Source of the DNA: an uncultured Caldilineales bacterium
GTDB taxonomy: Bacteria > Chloroflexota > Anaerolineae > J102
NCBI GenBank assembly: GCA_964650295.1
Contig: CAZYSY010000039.1
Span: 1-56,011 of the forward strand
DNA: 56,011 bases
Direction of reading: 5' to 3'
The position numbers were made by a program, and so were the translations under genes. Below, piece after piece: positions 39,631-49,990 of this stretch. Position 1 is the stretch's first letter, and every line of letters starts with the position of its first letter. The notes below the pieces were generated by a model that had not been told where the DNA came from, did no database searches, and saw only the letters and a list, made by a program, of their open reading frames with translations.

Positions 39631-41145
39631 TCATGCTACTTCGAAGGTCTTGGATGTATTGATGGTTGAAACGGTTACCTGTTGCTCTTGAAAATGCCGG
39701 GCATACTCCGAGGCGCTGACGCCCATCCCCACCACAATCCACAACAGCGCAGTCATGTGCGGATAGGTAAGGTTGAAAAGATAATGATCCAGGATGCCAG
39801 CCGCCAACAACCCCACAATAGCGCCCAAAATGCCCAACATCAACGCTTCCAGCCGTGGGTCCTGATGCACATGACGCAATCCATTGACGAGAATGTTGAG
39901 GAACACAACCATCGTCATGATGAAGGCTGCGACCCCCACCAACCCCATTTCTTCGGCCATGAGCAGATAAAGGGAGGAGACGCCAATATAGAGATCGATT
40001 TCGGGCGTGCCTGTAAAACCCACGCCAAAGATGGGGTGTCGGCCAATCAGTGTGAGCGCATCCTTGTATTCTCCTAGACGCATCAATGTGGCCCGATCCT
40101 GCAAAGTCAGTCCCTCGACAAAGTGCTGAACATAGGATTGAGCAAAAGGCAAGAACAACATCAACACCCCAAAAAAAACGCCGGCAACGATTCCCCACAA
40201 CAGCAATTTGCGGTAACGCATCACGCCAATGGCCCCCAAACCGATGATAAATCCCACCAGCGAGCCACGGGAGATGGTCAAAAAAAGGGCTGCTACATCC
40301 AATAGCACCATTACTACCACCCATCTGCGAGGAAAAAGCGGCTCCTGGCTGGCAAGTTGAGGCAGCGTGATGACGCCCACCAGGATCAACAGGCCGCCAA
40401 ACACGTTGGGGTCGATGCTGGTGCCGATGGCCCGCATCACCCCGTGGGGATCATCTTCCACAAAACGCAAGGCGCCATATCCTCCCGGATAACCAAAACG
40501 CGCCAAGCGGTCCAAAACCCAGACCGTGACGTCACGGGGAAGCACATAGAAAAGAATGCCCAAAATGGCCGCGCCCGCTCCTCCTAGCATCAAAGCCCGG
40601 GCCAACAGAAAAAGCGAATCCTCATCTCGCACCACATTGATGACGATGAAGAACAAAGTAATACTGAGGATCATCTCCATAAATTGGCGCAGATTGTTGG
40701 AGGTGGGGCGGGCGTATTGCAAACCGAGTGCAAAACTAAATGCAGCCAAAAATAAAAACACCAAAACCATGCCGCCCAGAGATGAAAACTCGAATCGGGT
40801 CTCACGAGCCAGGGCGTAACGCAGCGCCCACACCCCAAACGTGGCGAAGATGGCCAAATCCAGAAAACTGGGCGTAAACACGATCTTGAAAGGCATGGTG
40901 GCAAATGGCAACAAGGTCGCCATCAAAAGAATGCCAACCAACCCCCACAAAGGACTACGCAACACCACCACGGCGCCAATCGACGCCAAAACCAATCCTA
41001 AAGCGATCACAGGTCCCGCCACGCCCACCAGTAACCCCGCGGCCAAACTGCCAGCCAACAACAGCAGCAAAATCGCCCAACGCTGCTTCATGGGGTCGGG
41101 GGAGACCAGTTGCGTGCGGAATTTATCCAGATAGACGTGAAACAT
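39631..41145 (-). CDS. O-antigen ligase/Wzy_C-family membrane protein
   Basis: About 12 TM, DPNVFGG, TISRG, R..EY..AL.LI..HPIFGVG, HYLFN; start may be ATG 41091. Confidence 0.85.
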   Translation of the reverse strand: MFHVYLDKFRTQLVSPDPMKQRWAILLLLLAGSLAAGLLVGVAGPVIALGLVLASIGAVVVLRSPLWGLVGILLMATLLPFATMPFKIVFTPSFLDLAIFATFGVWALRYALARETRFEFSSLGGMVLVFLFLAAFSFALGLQYARPTSNNLRQFMEMILSITLFFIVINVVRDEDSLFLLARALMLGGAGAAILGILFYVLPRDVTVWVLDRLARFGYPGGYGALRFVEDDPHGVMRAIGTSIDPNVFGGLLILVGVITLPQLASQEPLFPRRWVVVMVLLDVAALFLTISRGSLVGFIIGLGAIGVMRYRKLLLWGIVAGVFFGVLMLFLPFAQSYVQHFVEGLTLQDRATLMRLGEYKDALTLIGRHPIFGVGFTGTPEIDLYIGVSSLYLLMAEEMGLVGVAAFIMTMVVFLNILVNGLRHVHQDPRLEALMLGILGAIVGLLAAGILDHYLFNLTYPHMTALLWIVVGMGVSASEYARHFQEQQVTVSTINTSKTFEVA

Positions 41146-41156
41146 AGCCCCTTATT

Positions 41157-43391
41157 CTACGGGCTAACCACGATCTTCGTCAACACCGCCGCATTGTCGA
41201 TCACCGCATCCTGCGGACCCGAAAGTGGCAAACGATAAAGATCGGAAAGACGATAAAGGCCGGTGCGCAGTTGATATGTCCCAGAAGGCAACCCCATGGG
41301 AAGAATCAGAGGATACGAATCATCGAAAACCTGGCCCGGCTCCCACATACTGGTGGGCCACCAACCATCAAGGGGCGATTTATCATAGCCAGCCGCCATC
41401 TTCCCTGATTTATCCATCAAATGCACGAACACCTGATAATCCTCATCCACCGGGGCCAAGCCCTGCCAATATAACTTCAGGGGCAATGTTTCACCGGGTG
41501 AAAAATCGCTTTTGGGCAAATCATATCCCGCCAAACGGATACGATCGCCCGCCTGGAAATCTGTAGGATGGGCAATATCATAATCGGGGGAGTGCACCGG
41601 AATGGCTCTCAAAATGGCGACATCCTGAGATAAAGCCTCTTCAAAATCTGATGTGACAGGATATTGACGCAATGTTGGCAGATCATACAGCCCTACATTT
41701 ACCAGCACCTTTGTCGGCGTCTCGACGCCCCCAGGCAGCAAAATATGATACCGATCCACGACCACCTGACCAGGCTCCCAAAAACGCGTGGGAAAATTCC
41801 CCCAGCCGGGATAAGCGTCGACTTGAGCGAGCACCTTATGGTCTCGCCCATAAAGATGAATGAAAACGCTGGCGTTATAGGGAACTTTGTCAATCGCCTG
41901 CCAATACAACGTGATTCGAATGTTCTCTCCCGGATGCACCGTTTCGGGCTGCACCTGCGCCCCCAACAACATGATACGTCCATCGAAAACAACTGGTTGG
42001 CGGCGGGCTTCCACCGGTATTTCGTCGGCAGTGATGAAATTGGGGCGACGATACGCCTCTGGAATGACCCACCCCACACTGTAAAGCGAAACGCCCAATA
42101 AGACCAAAGGAGGAATGGCAAGCCACCACTCTCGCGTTGGCAACCACTCATCCCATCCCATCAACAGCAAAATCGCCAGACCTGAGATGGCTGAAAAAAG
42201 CAATCGTCCTTGCGTTCCCGGCGTGATGCTCGTCCAGACCGCCAGGGAAAGGATCATCAATCCCAGCCATAGCGCCAAAAGTATCAGAAATGCGTGACGC
42301 CGTAAAGGTCGCAATTGGAGTCGACGTCGCCAGACCCCCTGCAAAAAACCAATGACGCTAACTGTCAAAAAGATGTCCCATGCTCGATAGAATGACTCTG
42401 GCAAATGCACGTTGAACCACCCAAACAATCCTAACAGACTGATGCGCAACCCCTGAAATTCTGTGCGGAAATGAAGCGGCGTCTTTCGCGATCCCACAAT
42501 ATCTAAAAAAGGAGTCAATGCAGTGGGATCTCCATAGAGTTGCCAATTGCGCCAATACCAGGGTGTAGCAATCGCGATGGCCGCCAGCCCTGTCAACAAT
42601 GCCGAAGGCCACGTTTTTCGGAAATCGCGATATAGAAAAACATGAACCACATACACCATGCCCACAATCAGCCACAAATCGAGCCCATTGAGTTTGCTCA
42701 GAGCAGCCAATCCAAGAAAACTCCCCAACAACAACGCCTCGGCCCGATGCGGAACCGTTCGGAAATCGGCGCCAAAATAATCAAGCAACAACCACAAAAT
42801 AAAGGTGCTCAGAAAAACAATAAGATCATCATTGGTGACGGCCGCAGAGATAAAAAGAAACTGTGGCAAAAACGCTACAAAGGCAGCGCTTGCCAGGGCA
42901 AACGACCGCCGATGAGGAAAAAGTCCCTGTGCGATTTTCCAGACAAAAAACACCGTGCCAGCACCAAGCAGCACCGAAAAAAATCGCATCAAGTGCATGG
43001 CCAACGTCATCCCCCGCCACGGCCAGCGTTCATCAGGGGGATGAAGAAAGGCGCTTTTATTCCCTGGCAACATGGGGTCGCCGATGCTAGCGTGGGGATT
43101 TTGCTCGGGAGGGGGAGGCGTGGACATATCAATCCAGGAAACAATAAGGATCCCCACCGCATAATACAGTGGAGGCTGACCGCCCTCCTGTCCGTAAAGC
43201 GCCTCGTCCGCCTCGTCCCCACCCAAAACCGGCAATGAGTGAGTCTCCGCCAGATGTTTGATAAAATAGATGTGTTGCACCTCGTCGGGGGCTTCGAAGA
43301 TGGGGGACGCGATGCTAAAGGCCACCGCCAAGATGAAGTAGCCCAATAACACATGCCAAATGCTGGGATGAAGGATTCGTCTTGCCATCAT
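41157..43391 (-). CDS. GT-C glycosyltransferase (GT39/PMT/DUF2142-like) with two C-terminal soluble domains
   Basis: APDEVQH luminal DE motif, VTNDDL, LSKLNG, QGRLLF; repeated ITLYWQ/LKLYWQ...VFVHL domains. Confidence 0.82.
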   Translation of the reverse strand: MMARRILHPSIWHVLLGYFILAVAFSIASPIFEAPDEVQHIYFIKHLAETHSLPVLGGDEADEALYGQEGGQPPLYYAVGILIVSWIDMSTPPPPEQNPHASIGDPMLPGNKSAFLHPPDERWPWRGMTLAMHLMRFFSVLLGAGTVFFVWKIAQGLFPHRRSFALASAAFVAFLPQFLFISAAVTNDDLIVFLSTFILWLLLDYFGADFRTVPHRAEALLLGSFLGLAALSKLNGLDLWLIVGMVYVVHVFLYRDFRKTWPSALLTGLAAIAIATPWYWRNWQLYGDPTALTPFLDIVGSRKTPLHFRTEFQGLRISLLGLFGWFNVHLPESFYRAWDIFLTVSVIGFLQGVWRRRLQLRPLRRHAFLILLALWLGLMILSLAVWTSITPGTQGRLLFSAISGLAILLLMGWDEWLPTREWWLAIPPLVLLGVSLYSVGWVIPEAYRRPNFITADEIPVEARRQPVVFDGRIMLLGAQVQPETVHPGENIRITLYWQAIDKVPYNASVFIHLYGRDHKVLAQVDAYPGWGNFPTRFWEPGQVVVDRYHILLPGGVETPTKVLVNVGLYDLPTLRQYPVTSDFEEALSQDVAILRAIPVHSPDYDIAHPTDFQAGDRIRLAGYDLPKSDFSPGETLPLKLYWQGLAPVDEDYQVFVHLMDKSGKMAAGYDKSPLDGWWPTSMWEPGQVFDDSYPLILPMGLPSGTYQLRTGLYRLSDLYRLPLSGPQDAVIDNAAVLTKIVVSP

Positions 43392-43448
43392 GTTGATCGT
43401 TTCATCATATCCCAGGAATCGAAAAAACAGCAACCATTACTTCCCGCA

Positions 43449-44639
43449 TCAAACCAAGCCCCTCCGATCTAGCACCGCTTCATATGAGCTCAGGCAGGCC
43501 CGGGCGATGGCGTCCCAGCCAAAGCGCCGTGAGTGATTTTTCGCGTTCGTCTCCAACCGAAGCCGCAACGCCGGATCGGTTAACACCTTTTCCACCGCAT
43601 TGGTCATGGCCTGAACATGATCGGGCGGCGCAAACATGACGGTTTCGGCATGCCTGAGATCGGGGTAAGGGACGACTGGAGGCGTGGTGACAATAGCCAT
43701 TCCGTGCTCCAGCGCGGCCATAAAACTGCCGCGCCGGTAGGATGCGCCATCCTGGTAGGGCAATAGGCAGACGTCAGAGATGTGGAAGGCGGCAGAAACC
43801 TGCTGTTCGGGAATGTGGTCGGTCCAGTGCACGCGTTCGTTGAGTCCGGCCTCGGCGATACGGGCCTCGACCTGTTGCAGATAGGCATAATTGGTCGGGT
43901 CCGAAGCGCCTACCCGACCGCCGATCATCAACAGATGCACATCCATCTCCCGTTTCACCAGATCTTTCAACACGTCCACCAGCATCTCGCCGCCCTTGCT
44001 GGCGTTGAGAAAACCAAAATAGCAGATGAGCGGCGCTTCTGAAGGGATGCCCCAATGCGCCCGCCACGTGGCCCGATCGAAATTCGGGGGCGGATTGTCG
44101 GGGATATTGCTGCCAATGGGAATCTCCACCACGTCGGGACGAATGGCGCGTAGTTGCAACGTATCTTCTGGGTTGGTAGAGATAGCGACATCCATTGTGC
44201 GAGCCAGGGTGTGGACGACCCAGTTACGGGCATTCAGCCAGTGTGCTTTAGGAAAGAGGTAGGGAGGCAATAAATCATGAAAGGTGACTGCCGTCAGGGA
44301 GCGCGGGCGTTGCGACCAGGGACGCCAGGACCACAGGTTAATGGCCGGGTGCATATCGAAGGCCGCGGTTTGATATTGTATATGCACCACATCGGGCTGC
44401 CAATCAGCGGTAAACGCATCCAACGCGTCCCACAAGCGCCACCCCCAACCTTGGATCTGAGGAAATACCGCCACGCCATCATCCTCAACCACAGGCGTCG
44501 CCCTGATCGTGGTCAAAATCCCCACCTCATGACCGGCAGCGACCATCGCACGGGCAAGTTCCCGCGTGTAATCGGCCACCCCGCCCTGCATGGGGGGGTA
44601 TTCACCAGTAATGAAGAGGATGCGTCGGGAGTTTGTCAT
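43449..44639 (-). CDS. GT4 glycosyltransferase
   Basis: EYPPMQGGVADYT, YFGFLNASKG, LPYQDG..RRGSFMAALEHG; ATGA overlap with the upstream GT2. Confidence 0.9.
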   Translation of the reverse strand: MTNSRRILFITGEYPPMQGGVADYTRELARAMVAAGHEVGILTTIRATPVVEDDGVAVFPQIQGWGWRLWDALDAFTADWQPDVVHIQYQTAAFDMHPAINLWSWRPWSQRPRSLTAVTFHDLLPPYLFPKAHWLNARNWVVHTLARTMDVAISTNPEDTLQLRAIRPDVVEIPIGSNIPDNPPPNFDRATWRAHWGIPSEAPLICYFGFLNASKGGEMLVDVLKDLVKREMDVHLLMIGGRVGASDPTNYAYLQQVEARIAEAGLNERVHWTDHIPEQQVSAAFHISDVCLLPYQDGASYRRGSFMAALEHGMAIVTTPPVVPYPDLRHAETVMFAPPDHVQAMTNAVEKVLTDPALRLRLETNAKNHSRRFGWDAIARACLSSYEAVLDRRGLV

Positions 44640-45595
44640 ACCTTCAATCCTGATTTTAGCACCTGCTCGTACGCGGCCATCCGCTGCGCCCGCAGATCGC
44701 GTTTGTGCCCCACCAGCCATTTGGCGCCCTCCCGCAGCCATTGGAAGAGGAAGGTTGCCAGCAGCCACCAACGCAGAAGTTCCGCCCAGACCGGACCATG
44801 ATATTTGTGCGCGTAGCGCACCCGACTGCTGAAAAAAGCAATATCGCGACGAGCCACGGCCTGTTCGCTGGATTTTCCCTCGTAATGAATGACCTCAGCC
44901 GCAGGATCGTAGGCGATGCGCCAGCCCGCGTCTTTGGCCCGTTTGCACCAATCCAGCTCCTCGGAATACATGAAAAAGCCCTCGTCCAGCCCTCCGATCT
45001 GCTCATAAACCTCTCGCCGGACCATAAACGCCGCGCCCACCAGCCAGTCCACCTCCTGCGGGATGTCATCGGGCGTATCGGCCATTGTATAATAGGCGAA
45101 CAGCTTCAGGCCCGGAAAATAATGCTGGATGATGGTGCTTTCGGCAAAGAGCATCATCAGGGTGGGGAAACGGCGTCGGCTGGGCTGATGGCTGCCGTCG
45201 CCATACCTCAACCGCGGCCCCACCACGCCAACATTGGGGTGGGTTTGCAAGTAGTGGATGAGTTCAGCAATGCTGCCCGGTTGCGGCTCGGTGTCGGGGT
45301 TGAGGAAAAAGAGATAGCGTCCTTGCGCCACTGCCAGGCCCTGATTATTCCCCCTCGTAAATCCGCGATTGTCAGTATTGGCGATGATCCGCACCGCGGG
45401 AAAAGATTCCTGCACCGCTCCCACCGTGCCGTCCTGGCTGGCGTTGTCCACCACGATGACCTCGTAGTCAACCCCCTTTCCTACGGCTTCAGGCAGGGCC
45501 GCCAGACACCCCAACAACAGCTCCCGCACGTTCCAAGAAACGATGATGATGGAGAGATCGGGCGTGCTATCCTTGCCGTCCATCCGTTGCTGCAT
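44636..45595 (-). CDS. GT2 glycosyltransferase (rhamnosyltransferase-like)
   Basis: IIIVSWN, VVDNASQDG, NRGFTRGNN, FLNPD, GFFMYSEELDWC. Confidence 0.92.
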   Translation of the reverse strand: MQQRMDGKDSTPDLSIIIVSWNVRELLLGCLAALPEAVGKGVDYEVIVVDNASQDGTVGAVQESFPAVRIIANTDNRGFTRGNNQGLAVAQGRYLFFLNPDTEPQPGSIAELIHYLQTHPNVGVVGPRLRYGDGSHQPSRRRFPTLMMLFAESTIIQHYFPGLKLFAYYTMADTPDDIPQEVDWLVGAAFMVRREVYEQIGGLDEGFFMYSEELDWCKRAKDAGWRIAYDPAAEVIHYEGKSSEQAVARRDIAFFSSRVRYAHKYHGPVWAELLRWWLLATFLFQWLREGAKWLVGHKRDLRAQRMAAYEQVLKSGLKV

Positions 45596-45612
45596 ACTCA
45601 CTTCACGCCCCC

Positions 45613-46584
45613 TCAAAACGTACGTTCCACCACGTAGCGGGCGATGTCGGCCAGGGCGTCCCGTTCGACAATGGCCGGCAAATCCTCCAGATCGGCCAGC
45701 GCTGCATCGATAAAAGTCCGGGCTTCATCGTGAGCCTGGGCAATGGCGTCGGAATCGCGAATCAAGGCCACCACATCATCTACGATGGGATCGCCAGTGG
45801 GACGACCTTCGATCTGGCTCACAACCTGCTCGCGGCGTTGCGGTTGTTGGATGTAGAAATAGACCGGAAGGGTGATGATGCCGGAGCGCAGATCGGAGCC
45901 CGCAGGCTTGCCCAGCGTGGCTTCATCCGCTGTGAAATCGAGGATATCATCGATGATTTGAAAGGCCATGCCCAAATGGTAACCAAATCGGCGCAAGGAT
46001 TCTTCCAAACTCACGGGCGCTCCTCCCAGGACTGCTGGCGCTCGCGTCGCCAGCTCGAACAACGCTGCAGTTTTGCCATAAATGCGCTCGTAATAGCCTT
46101 CTTTAGGTTGAGACCAATTGCGAGCACTGAACGCCTGCCGCAATTCGCCATCAACGATGATGTTGAGGGTATTGGCGAAGAGTTGGATGACCCGGGGATG
46201 AGCTGTTTCCGCGACCAGGCCCGCGGCCCGGGCGAAGAAGAAATCTCCAGCCATGATGGTGCTGCTGGGCGTCCACACCGCGTTGAGCGTGGATTGGCCC
46301 CGGCGCAACAGTGCGCCGTCGATCACATCGTCATGCACCAGGGTGGAGGTGTGCAGGGCCTCGATGGCCGCAGCCAGATGGATAAGCCGCTGAGGATCGC
46401 CAGGGGGGTAAAATCGTCCGGCCAGCAAGGTGAGCATGGGGCGCACGCGCTTGCCGCCGCTGCGGATGAGCAATTGCAGCGCTTCAGTAAGAGAGGGATA
46501 GGCGTTGCCCACGGCCTTCTGCATCTTCTTTTCAACGGCGGCCAGATCATCGGCTACCAGGGCGCGGGCTGAAGAAAGAGTCAT
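45613..46584 (-). CDS. Long-chain polyprenyl diphosphate synthase (HepT/IspB-like)
   Basis: GGKRVRP, LVHDDVID with a small residue at -5, FQIIDDILD, GKPAGSD. Confidence 0.92.
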   Translation of the reverse strand: MTLSSARALVADDLAAVEKKMQKAVGNAYPSLTEALQLLIRSGGKRVRPMLTLLAGRFYPPGDPQRLIHLAAAIEALHTSTLVHDDVIDGALLRRGQSTLNAVWTPSSTIMAGDFFFARAAGLVAETAHPRVIQLFANTLNIIVDGELRQAFSARNWSQPKEGYYERIYGKTAALFELATRAPAVLGGAPVSLEESLRRFGYHLGMAFQIIDDILDFTADEATLGKPAGSDLRSGIITLPVYFYIQQPQRREQVVSQIEGRPTGDPIVDDVVALIRDSDAIAQAHDEARTFIDAALADLEDLPAIVERDALADIARYVVERTF

Positions 46585-46586
46585 CA

Positions 46587-46618
46587 GAGATTGGGAGATT
46601 AAGAGATTGGGAGATTGA
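46587..46618. repeat. Tandem 8-mer GAGATTRR x4 (half element)
   Basis: gagattgg gagattaa gagattgg gagattga; contains the tatD stop codon. Confidence 0.8.
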
Positions 46619-47429
46619 AGAACGTTCGAGCCGTTGCGGTTGTGCGAGAGGCGGCCTCCTCGAAGGGCATCTCCCACAATTCAGCCAGCTTCTCGGCCAC
46701 CAGCTTCACCCGGGCGGGTTCGTTGCGCCTGCCCCGGAAGGGATGCGGCGTCAGGTAGGGCGAGTCGGTTTCCAGCATCAGGCGGCCGGGATCAAGCTGT
46801 TTGGCCAGCGCTTGCAGATTGCGGGCGTTCTTGAAGGTGACAGGCCCGGCCAAGCCCAACACAAAGCCCAGATCATACGCCTCCTGCGCCATCGCCAGAT
46901 CGCCCGAAAAGCTGTGCAACACGCCCGGCCAGGGACGTCGGGCCAGGGGCGTGCCGGGCAGCCGCTCCTTCACCCAGACCCGCAGCTCGGCCATCATCGG
47001 CCCGTGGGCCTCACGGTCGTGCAGGACAACAGGCAGGCCCAGCTCTGCGGCCAGGTCCAGTTGCAGGCGCAGGACGCGGAGCTGCTGGTCCATCGGCACG
47101 GTCTTCCAGTAATCGTCCAGCCCGATCTCGCCAATGGCCACCACTTTGGGATGCACGGCCATCGCGCGGATGTTTTCCAGCCAGTCGGACTGGAAGTTTG
47201 CGCAGTCGTTGGGATGAATGCCGACGGCCGCGTACACCTCGGGATAGCGATCGGCCAGGGCGATGGCCTTGCGGCTGCTGGAGACATCCACGCCCTGGGT
47301 GACCATCGCCACCACACCCGCATCCCGGGCGCGGGCCACCACCTCATCCCGATCTTTATCGAAATGAGGCATATCCAGATGGCAGTGAGAATCGATCAAA
47401 ACAGCCAAGGGGCCCTCGCCATCAATCAA
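46599..47429 (-). CDS. tatD: TatD-family hydrolase
   Basis: DSHCH, GIHP, IGEIGLD, LHDRE, HSFSG, ETDSPYL; start may be TTG 47399. Confidence 0.94.
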   Translation of the reverse strand: MIDGEGPLAVLIDSHCHLDMPHFDKDRDEVVARARDAGVVAMVTQGVDVSSSRKAIALADRYPEVYAAVGIHPNDCANFQSDWLENIRAMAVHPKVVAIGEIGLDDYWKTVPMDQQLRVLRLQLDLAAELGLPVVLHDREAHGPMMAELRVWVKERLPGTPLARRPWPGVLHSFSGDLAMAQEAYDLGFVLGLAGPVTFKNARNLQALAKQLDPGRLMLETDSPYLTPHPFRGRRNEPARVKLVAEKLAELWEMPFEEAASRTTATARTFFNLPIS

Positions 47430-48868
47430 GCGTGGATCCCCGCCATCTTCAGGCCCGCATCCAGGATGGCGTCCAGCCTGTCGCCGTGGGTGGTCTCGGC
47501 ATAGACGCGGATGAGGGGCTCGGTGCCGCTGAAGCGGATGGTGAGCCAGCCGCCATCTTCCATAATGAATTTGTAGCCGTCGATGGTGACCTTTTCTTTC
47601 ACCTTCAGACCGGCGATGGTCTCGGGGTGAGCTGCATCCAGCCGTTTCTTCGCCTCTTCCTTGAACGCATTGGATTCCAGCGGAGTGTCGATGCGATGGT
47701 AGTAGTGCGGTCCGCCCACCATCCCGAAGAGCCGATCCAGCAGCTGGGTGGGTTTCAGGCCCGTCTTCACCATTAAATCCAACAGGAAGAGATTGCCCAG
47801 AATGCCGTCGCGCTCGGGGATGTGGTCGCCGAACGCGTAGCCGCCGCTCTCCTCGCCGCCGATCATCGCGTGCACTTCCTGCATCTTGGGCGCGATGTAC
47901 TTGAAGCCGACGCCCGTCTCGTAGATGGGCACATCGAACTGCGCGGCCAGCTTGTTGAGCATCGTGGTGGTGTTCAGGCTCTTGACGATCGGCCCGCGCT
48001 CCCCGCGGATATCCAGGAAGTACATCGCCAGCAGGCCGAAGACCCGCAGCTGGTCCACGAACTGGCCGTTTTCATCGCCCAGGCCGCATCGATCCGCGTC
48101 GCCGTCCATAATGCAGATGGCGTCCGCGCCGTGGGCTTTGCCGAAAGCCAGGCCCGCGTCCACGTTGGGCGGGATGGGCTCGGGCCGCTTCATCTCGGGG
48201 AAGATGGGATTGCGCTCATAGTGCGTCTCGAGGACCTGGGTTTTGCCGCCAGTCAGCAACTCGCTGAGCCAGCCTGCGCCGTTGCCCCACATCGGCTCCA
48301 CCGCGATGGTCAGGCCCGCGTCGCGAATGGGCTGCAAATCCACCAACTTCTCGATCTGGGCCACGTACGCGGGTTTGGGATCGAAAGGCATAATCAGCCC
48401 CGCGTCCACGCCCTCATCGAATTTCATCCGTTTGACGTCGGCCCTCTCGTCGGGGATGCGGGCCTCGATGGCTTTCAGCCCCGATGGCGCAATGGCGCCG
48501 CCCTGGGGATCCCGCACCTTGAAGCCGTTATCGCTGGGCGGATTGTGGCTGGCGGTGATGTTGACTGCGCCGATGGCGTTGCGAGCCACCACGCTAAAGG
48601 AAATCACCGGCGTGGGTGTGCTAAAGCCGGTGAAATGCACGGGGATGCCGTTGGCGGCCAGCACTTCGGCCACGGCAGCGGTGAAATCCTCCGCGCCAAA
48701 GCGACGATCACCCCCCACGACTACGCCCTGCTGCACCTGTGCGGGCGAATAGGTTGTTTTGAGATAGTCGGCAAAGCCCTGGGTGCAGCGACGCACATTG
48801 TCGAAGGTGTAGTCTTCGGCGATTTTGCCTCGCCATCCGTCGGTTCCGAATTTGATTTTGAAAGCCAT
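47426..48868 (-). CDS. Phosphoglucomutase/phosphomannomutase
   Basis: [35 protein letters not shown]. Confidence 0.95.
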   Translation of the reverse strand: MAFKIKFGTDGWRGKIAEDYTFDNVRRCTQGFADYLKTTYSPAQVQQGVVVGGDRRFGAEDFTAAVAEVLAANGIPVHFTGFSTPTPVISFSVVARNAIGAVNITASHNPPSDNGFKVRDPQGGAIAPSGLKAIEARIPDERADVKRMKFDEGVDAGLIMPFDPKPAYVAQIEKLVDLQPIRDAGLTIAVEPMWGNGAGWLSELLTGGKTQVLETHYERNPIFPEMKRPEPIPPNVDAGLAFGKAHGADAICIMDGDADRCGLGDENGQFVDQLRVFGLLAMYFLDIRGERGPIVKSLNTTTMLNKLAAQFDVPIYETGVGFKYIAPKMQEVHAMIGGEESGGYAFGDHIPERDGILGNLFLLDLMVKTGLKPTQLLDRLFGMVGGPHYYHRIDTPLESNAFKEEAKKRLDAAHPETIAGLKVKEKVTIDGYKFIMEDGGWLTIRFSGTEPLIRVYAETTHGDRLDAILDAGLKMAGIHA

Positions 48869-48911
48869 AATGCATTATCCGTAATGGTGTGTTAGAAAAA
48901 AACAGAATAAT

Positions 48912-48965
48912 CGGAGACCCCAGACCAGAACTGCCATCTGGTTCCCGGTCCTCCGTCCTCGGTCC
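48912..48965. repeat. Periodic palindromic element F
   Basis: ggagacc..agaccaga / tctggttc, cggtcctc, cgtcctc, ggtcc. Confidence 0.55.
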
Positions 48966-48969
48966 AGTT

Positions 48970-49965
48970 TTACCAGTTGATATTGGGCGTGGTGCGACTG
49001 GGAGAGACATCCTTCAAGCGCTCGATGTCCGCATCCACCATCATTTCCACCAATTCTTTGAAGGTAACCTCAGGCTCCCAGCCCAACTCGCGGCGGGCCT
49101 TGGAGGGGTCGCCTACCAGCAGGTCCACCTCCGCGGGCCGATAGTAGCGAGGATCGATTTTGACGTAGCGCTCCCAATCTAAATCAGCGTGTGCAAACGC
49201 GATGCGAATGAGTTCGCCCACGGTGTGGGTCTCACCAGTGGCCAGCACATAATCGTCAGGACGATCTTGCTGCAACATCATCCACATACCCCGCACGTAA
49301 TCTTTGGCGAACCCCCAATCACGACGGGCTTCCAGATTGCCAACCCGCAGCTCATCGGCCAGGCCCCAGACGATGCGGGCCACGCCCATAGAGACCTTGC
49401 GGGGCAGGAATTCCAGCCCGCGGCGGGGCGATTCGTGGTTGAACAGGATGCCCGAAACCGCAAACATATCGTAGCTCTCCCGATAGTTCACAGTGATCCA
49501 GTGGCCGTACACCTTGGCCACGCCGTAGGGGCTGCGGGGCCAGAAAGGCGTTGACTCCCGCTGGGGCACTTCCTGCACCTTGCCAAACATCTCGCTGCTG
49601 GACGCCTGATAGAATCGGATGTTCTTGTCCACGATGCGGATGGCTTCCAACATGCGCGTCACGCCTAACGCGGTCACTTCCCCCGTAAGAATCGGCTGGC
49701 CCCATGAGGTGGGGACGAAGGATTGGGCCGCCAGGTTGTATACTTCCTCAGGGCGGTGTTCCTCCAGCAATCCGATAAGACTGGTCTGATCGATGAGATC
49801 GCCATGTACGATTTGGATTTTATGCTGAATGTGTTGAATCCGGCTGAAATTGCTGGTGCTGCTACGACGCACCACACCAATAACCTCATAGCCTTTTTCC
49901 AATAGAATTTCGGCAAGATAAGAGCCATCCTGCCCCGTAATGCCGGTAATGAGTGCCTTGGGCAT
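48970..49965 (-). CDS. gmd: GDP-mannose 4,6-dehydratase
   Basis: [55 protein letters not shown]; start ATG 49965. Confidence 0.96.
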   Translation of the reverse strand: MPKALITGITGQDGSYLAEILLEKGYEVIGVVRRSSTSNFSRIQHIQHKIQIVHGDLIDQTSLIGLLEEHRPEEVYNLAAQSFVPTSWGQPILTGEVTALGVTRMLEAIRIVDKNIRFYQASSSEMFGKVQEVPQRESTPFWPRSPYGVAKVYGHWITVNYRESYDMFAVSGILFNHESPRRGLEFLPRKVSMGVARIVWGLADELRVGNLEARRDWGFAKDYVRGMWMMLQQDRPDDYVLATGETHTVGELIRIAFAHADLDWERYVKIDPRYYRPAEVDLLVGDPSKARRELGWEPEVTFKELVEMMVDADIERLKDVSPSRTTPNINW

Positions 49966-49990
49966 AAAAGCATACCTCGTTGTATGGATG

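Noticed and set aside
48867-48878. 12-bp palindrome ataatgcattat over the PGM start codon
   Set aside because: Short, AT-rich and single copy; it could be chance or a -10 (GATAAT) near a leaderless start, but the evidence is insufficient
47822-48895. Long antisense ORFs (357 aa here; also 44705-45637, 45730-46572, 54894-55841)
   Set aside because: Shadow frames of GC-rich genes with clear motifs on the opposite strand; no motifs of their own
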